Source of the DNA: Adineta vaga
Lineage: Eukaryota > Animalia > Rotifera
Assembly: GCA_021613535.1 (NCBI GenBank)
Contig: CP075493.1
Span: 7,502,001-7,566,000 of the forward strand
Direction: 5' to 3'
DNA: 64,000 nt
The notes beneath the pieces are model-generated. The model ran no database searches and was not told where the DNA came from. It saw only the letters and a list, made by a program, of their open reading frames with translations. The position numbers and the translations under genes were made by a program. Position 1 is the stretch's first letter. Each line of letters begins with the position of its first letter. Shown here piece after piece: positions 63,546-64,000 of this stretch.

Positions 63546-63682
63546 TTGTTTTCTGATTGAATGAATTGTTTTGACCAAATTTTTTTCCTGTTCTATTGAT
63601 TGAGTTTTTGACGGCATAATCTAGAAATATCTCGATCGTTGCTCAACATCTTTTTACATAATATTTCTAGATAAAATTGTTG

Positions 63683-64000
63683 ATGATAACAAAGATTAGT
63701 ATTCCATGTGTTTGGGGTGGTCATTTAGCTGGAATTTTGTTAAAAAGCCATACAGCCACAACATTCTCACAAAGTACGACAAAGATTGTTGGTATACATG
63801 GATGGCTTGATAATATCAACTCGTTACTTCCATTAGCAAAAAAGTTATTACATCATCAACCAAGTGAAACTTTCCAGCTAGATATGACAGTAAACATCAG
63901 TTGAACGATTTGATTCTAGATTATGAAATTTGTTTATATGATCGAGTTGGTCATGGATTTTCCGATCATCTACCAAGAGGAACTGATTATTCCTTTGCTT
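63683..64000 (+). CDS. SERHL/kraken-like hydrolase, tandem copy 2 (runs off window)
   Basis: IPCVWGGHLAGILLK...IVGIHGWLDNINSLLPLAKKL, intron at the same position as copy 1, then YEICLYDRVGHGFSDHLP. Confidence 0.9.

Noticed and set aside
1-64000. Transposons, CRISPR arrays, rRNA, prokaryotic operons
   Set aside because: No transposase, RT or integrase motifs, terminal repeats, spacer arrays or rRNA-like tracts were seen; genes are spliceosomal-intron eukaryotic genes.

Overview
This is AT-rich eukaryotic (animal) genomic DNA with many ~50-60 nt GT-AG introns and microsatellite-rich spacers. The style and gene content suggest a bdelloid rotifer or similar compact invertebrate genome (inference). 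Manual splicing supports about 22 protein genes and one tRNA-Phe(GAA). In order: trypsin-like protease 3' end, VIT-vWA (VWA5A-like), LRMDA-like, SHOC2, CHK1, a two-cluster LRP/vitellogenin-receptor-like gene, an intronless 401-aa orphan, tRNA-Phe, a divergent transmembrane semaphorin, nanos-like, a small MG-C orphan, CPEB1/orb, ZGPAT, eIF3k, RPUSD4-like, ENPP4/5-like, RBM8A/Y14, eIF6, a DHHC-like protein, PHPT1/janus, a KCTD BTB protein, a three-LIM protein, a Ptp99A/PTPRG-like receptor phosphatase and two tandem SERHL/kraken hydrolases. No transposon, CRISPR or rRNA was recognised. Best leads: (1) the intronless orphan has ADP-ribosyltransferase-like motifs (HxxH ... SRYG ... QxEFxV) reminiscent of DarT; (2) a head-to-head nanos/CPEB1 module in which Nanos has lost its second CCHC finger and its 3'UTR carries tandem CPEs near an AAUAAA; (3) a GC-rich, nested-helix ~145 nt element at 50.9 kb; (4) operon-like tight gene runs with splice acceptors just before start codons; (5) a DHHC-to-FHHC enzyme with an apparent GUG start; (6) four single-base lesions in otherwise intact genes, which may be assembly errors. 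Exon boundaries were read by eye and no database searches were run.
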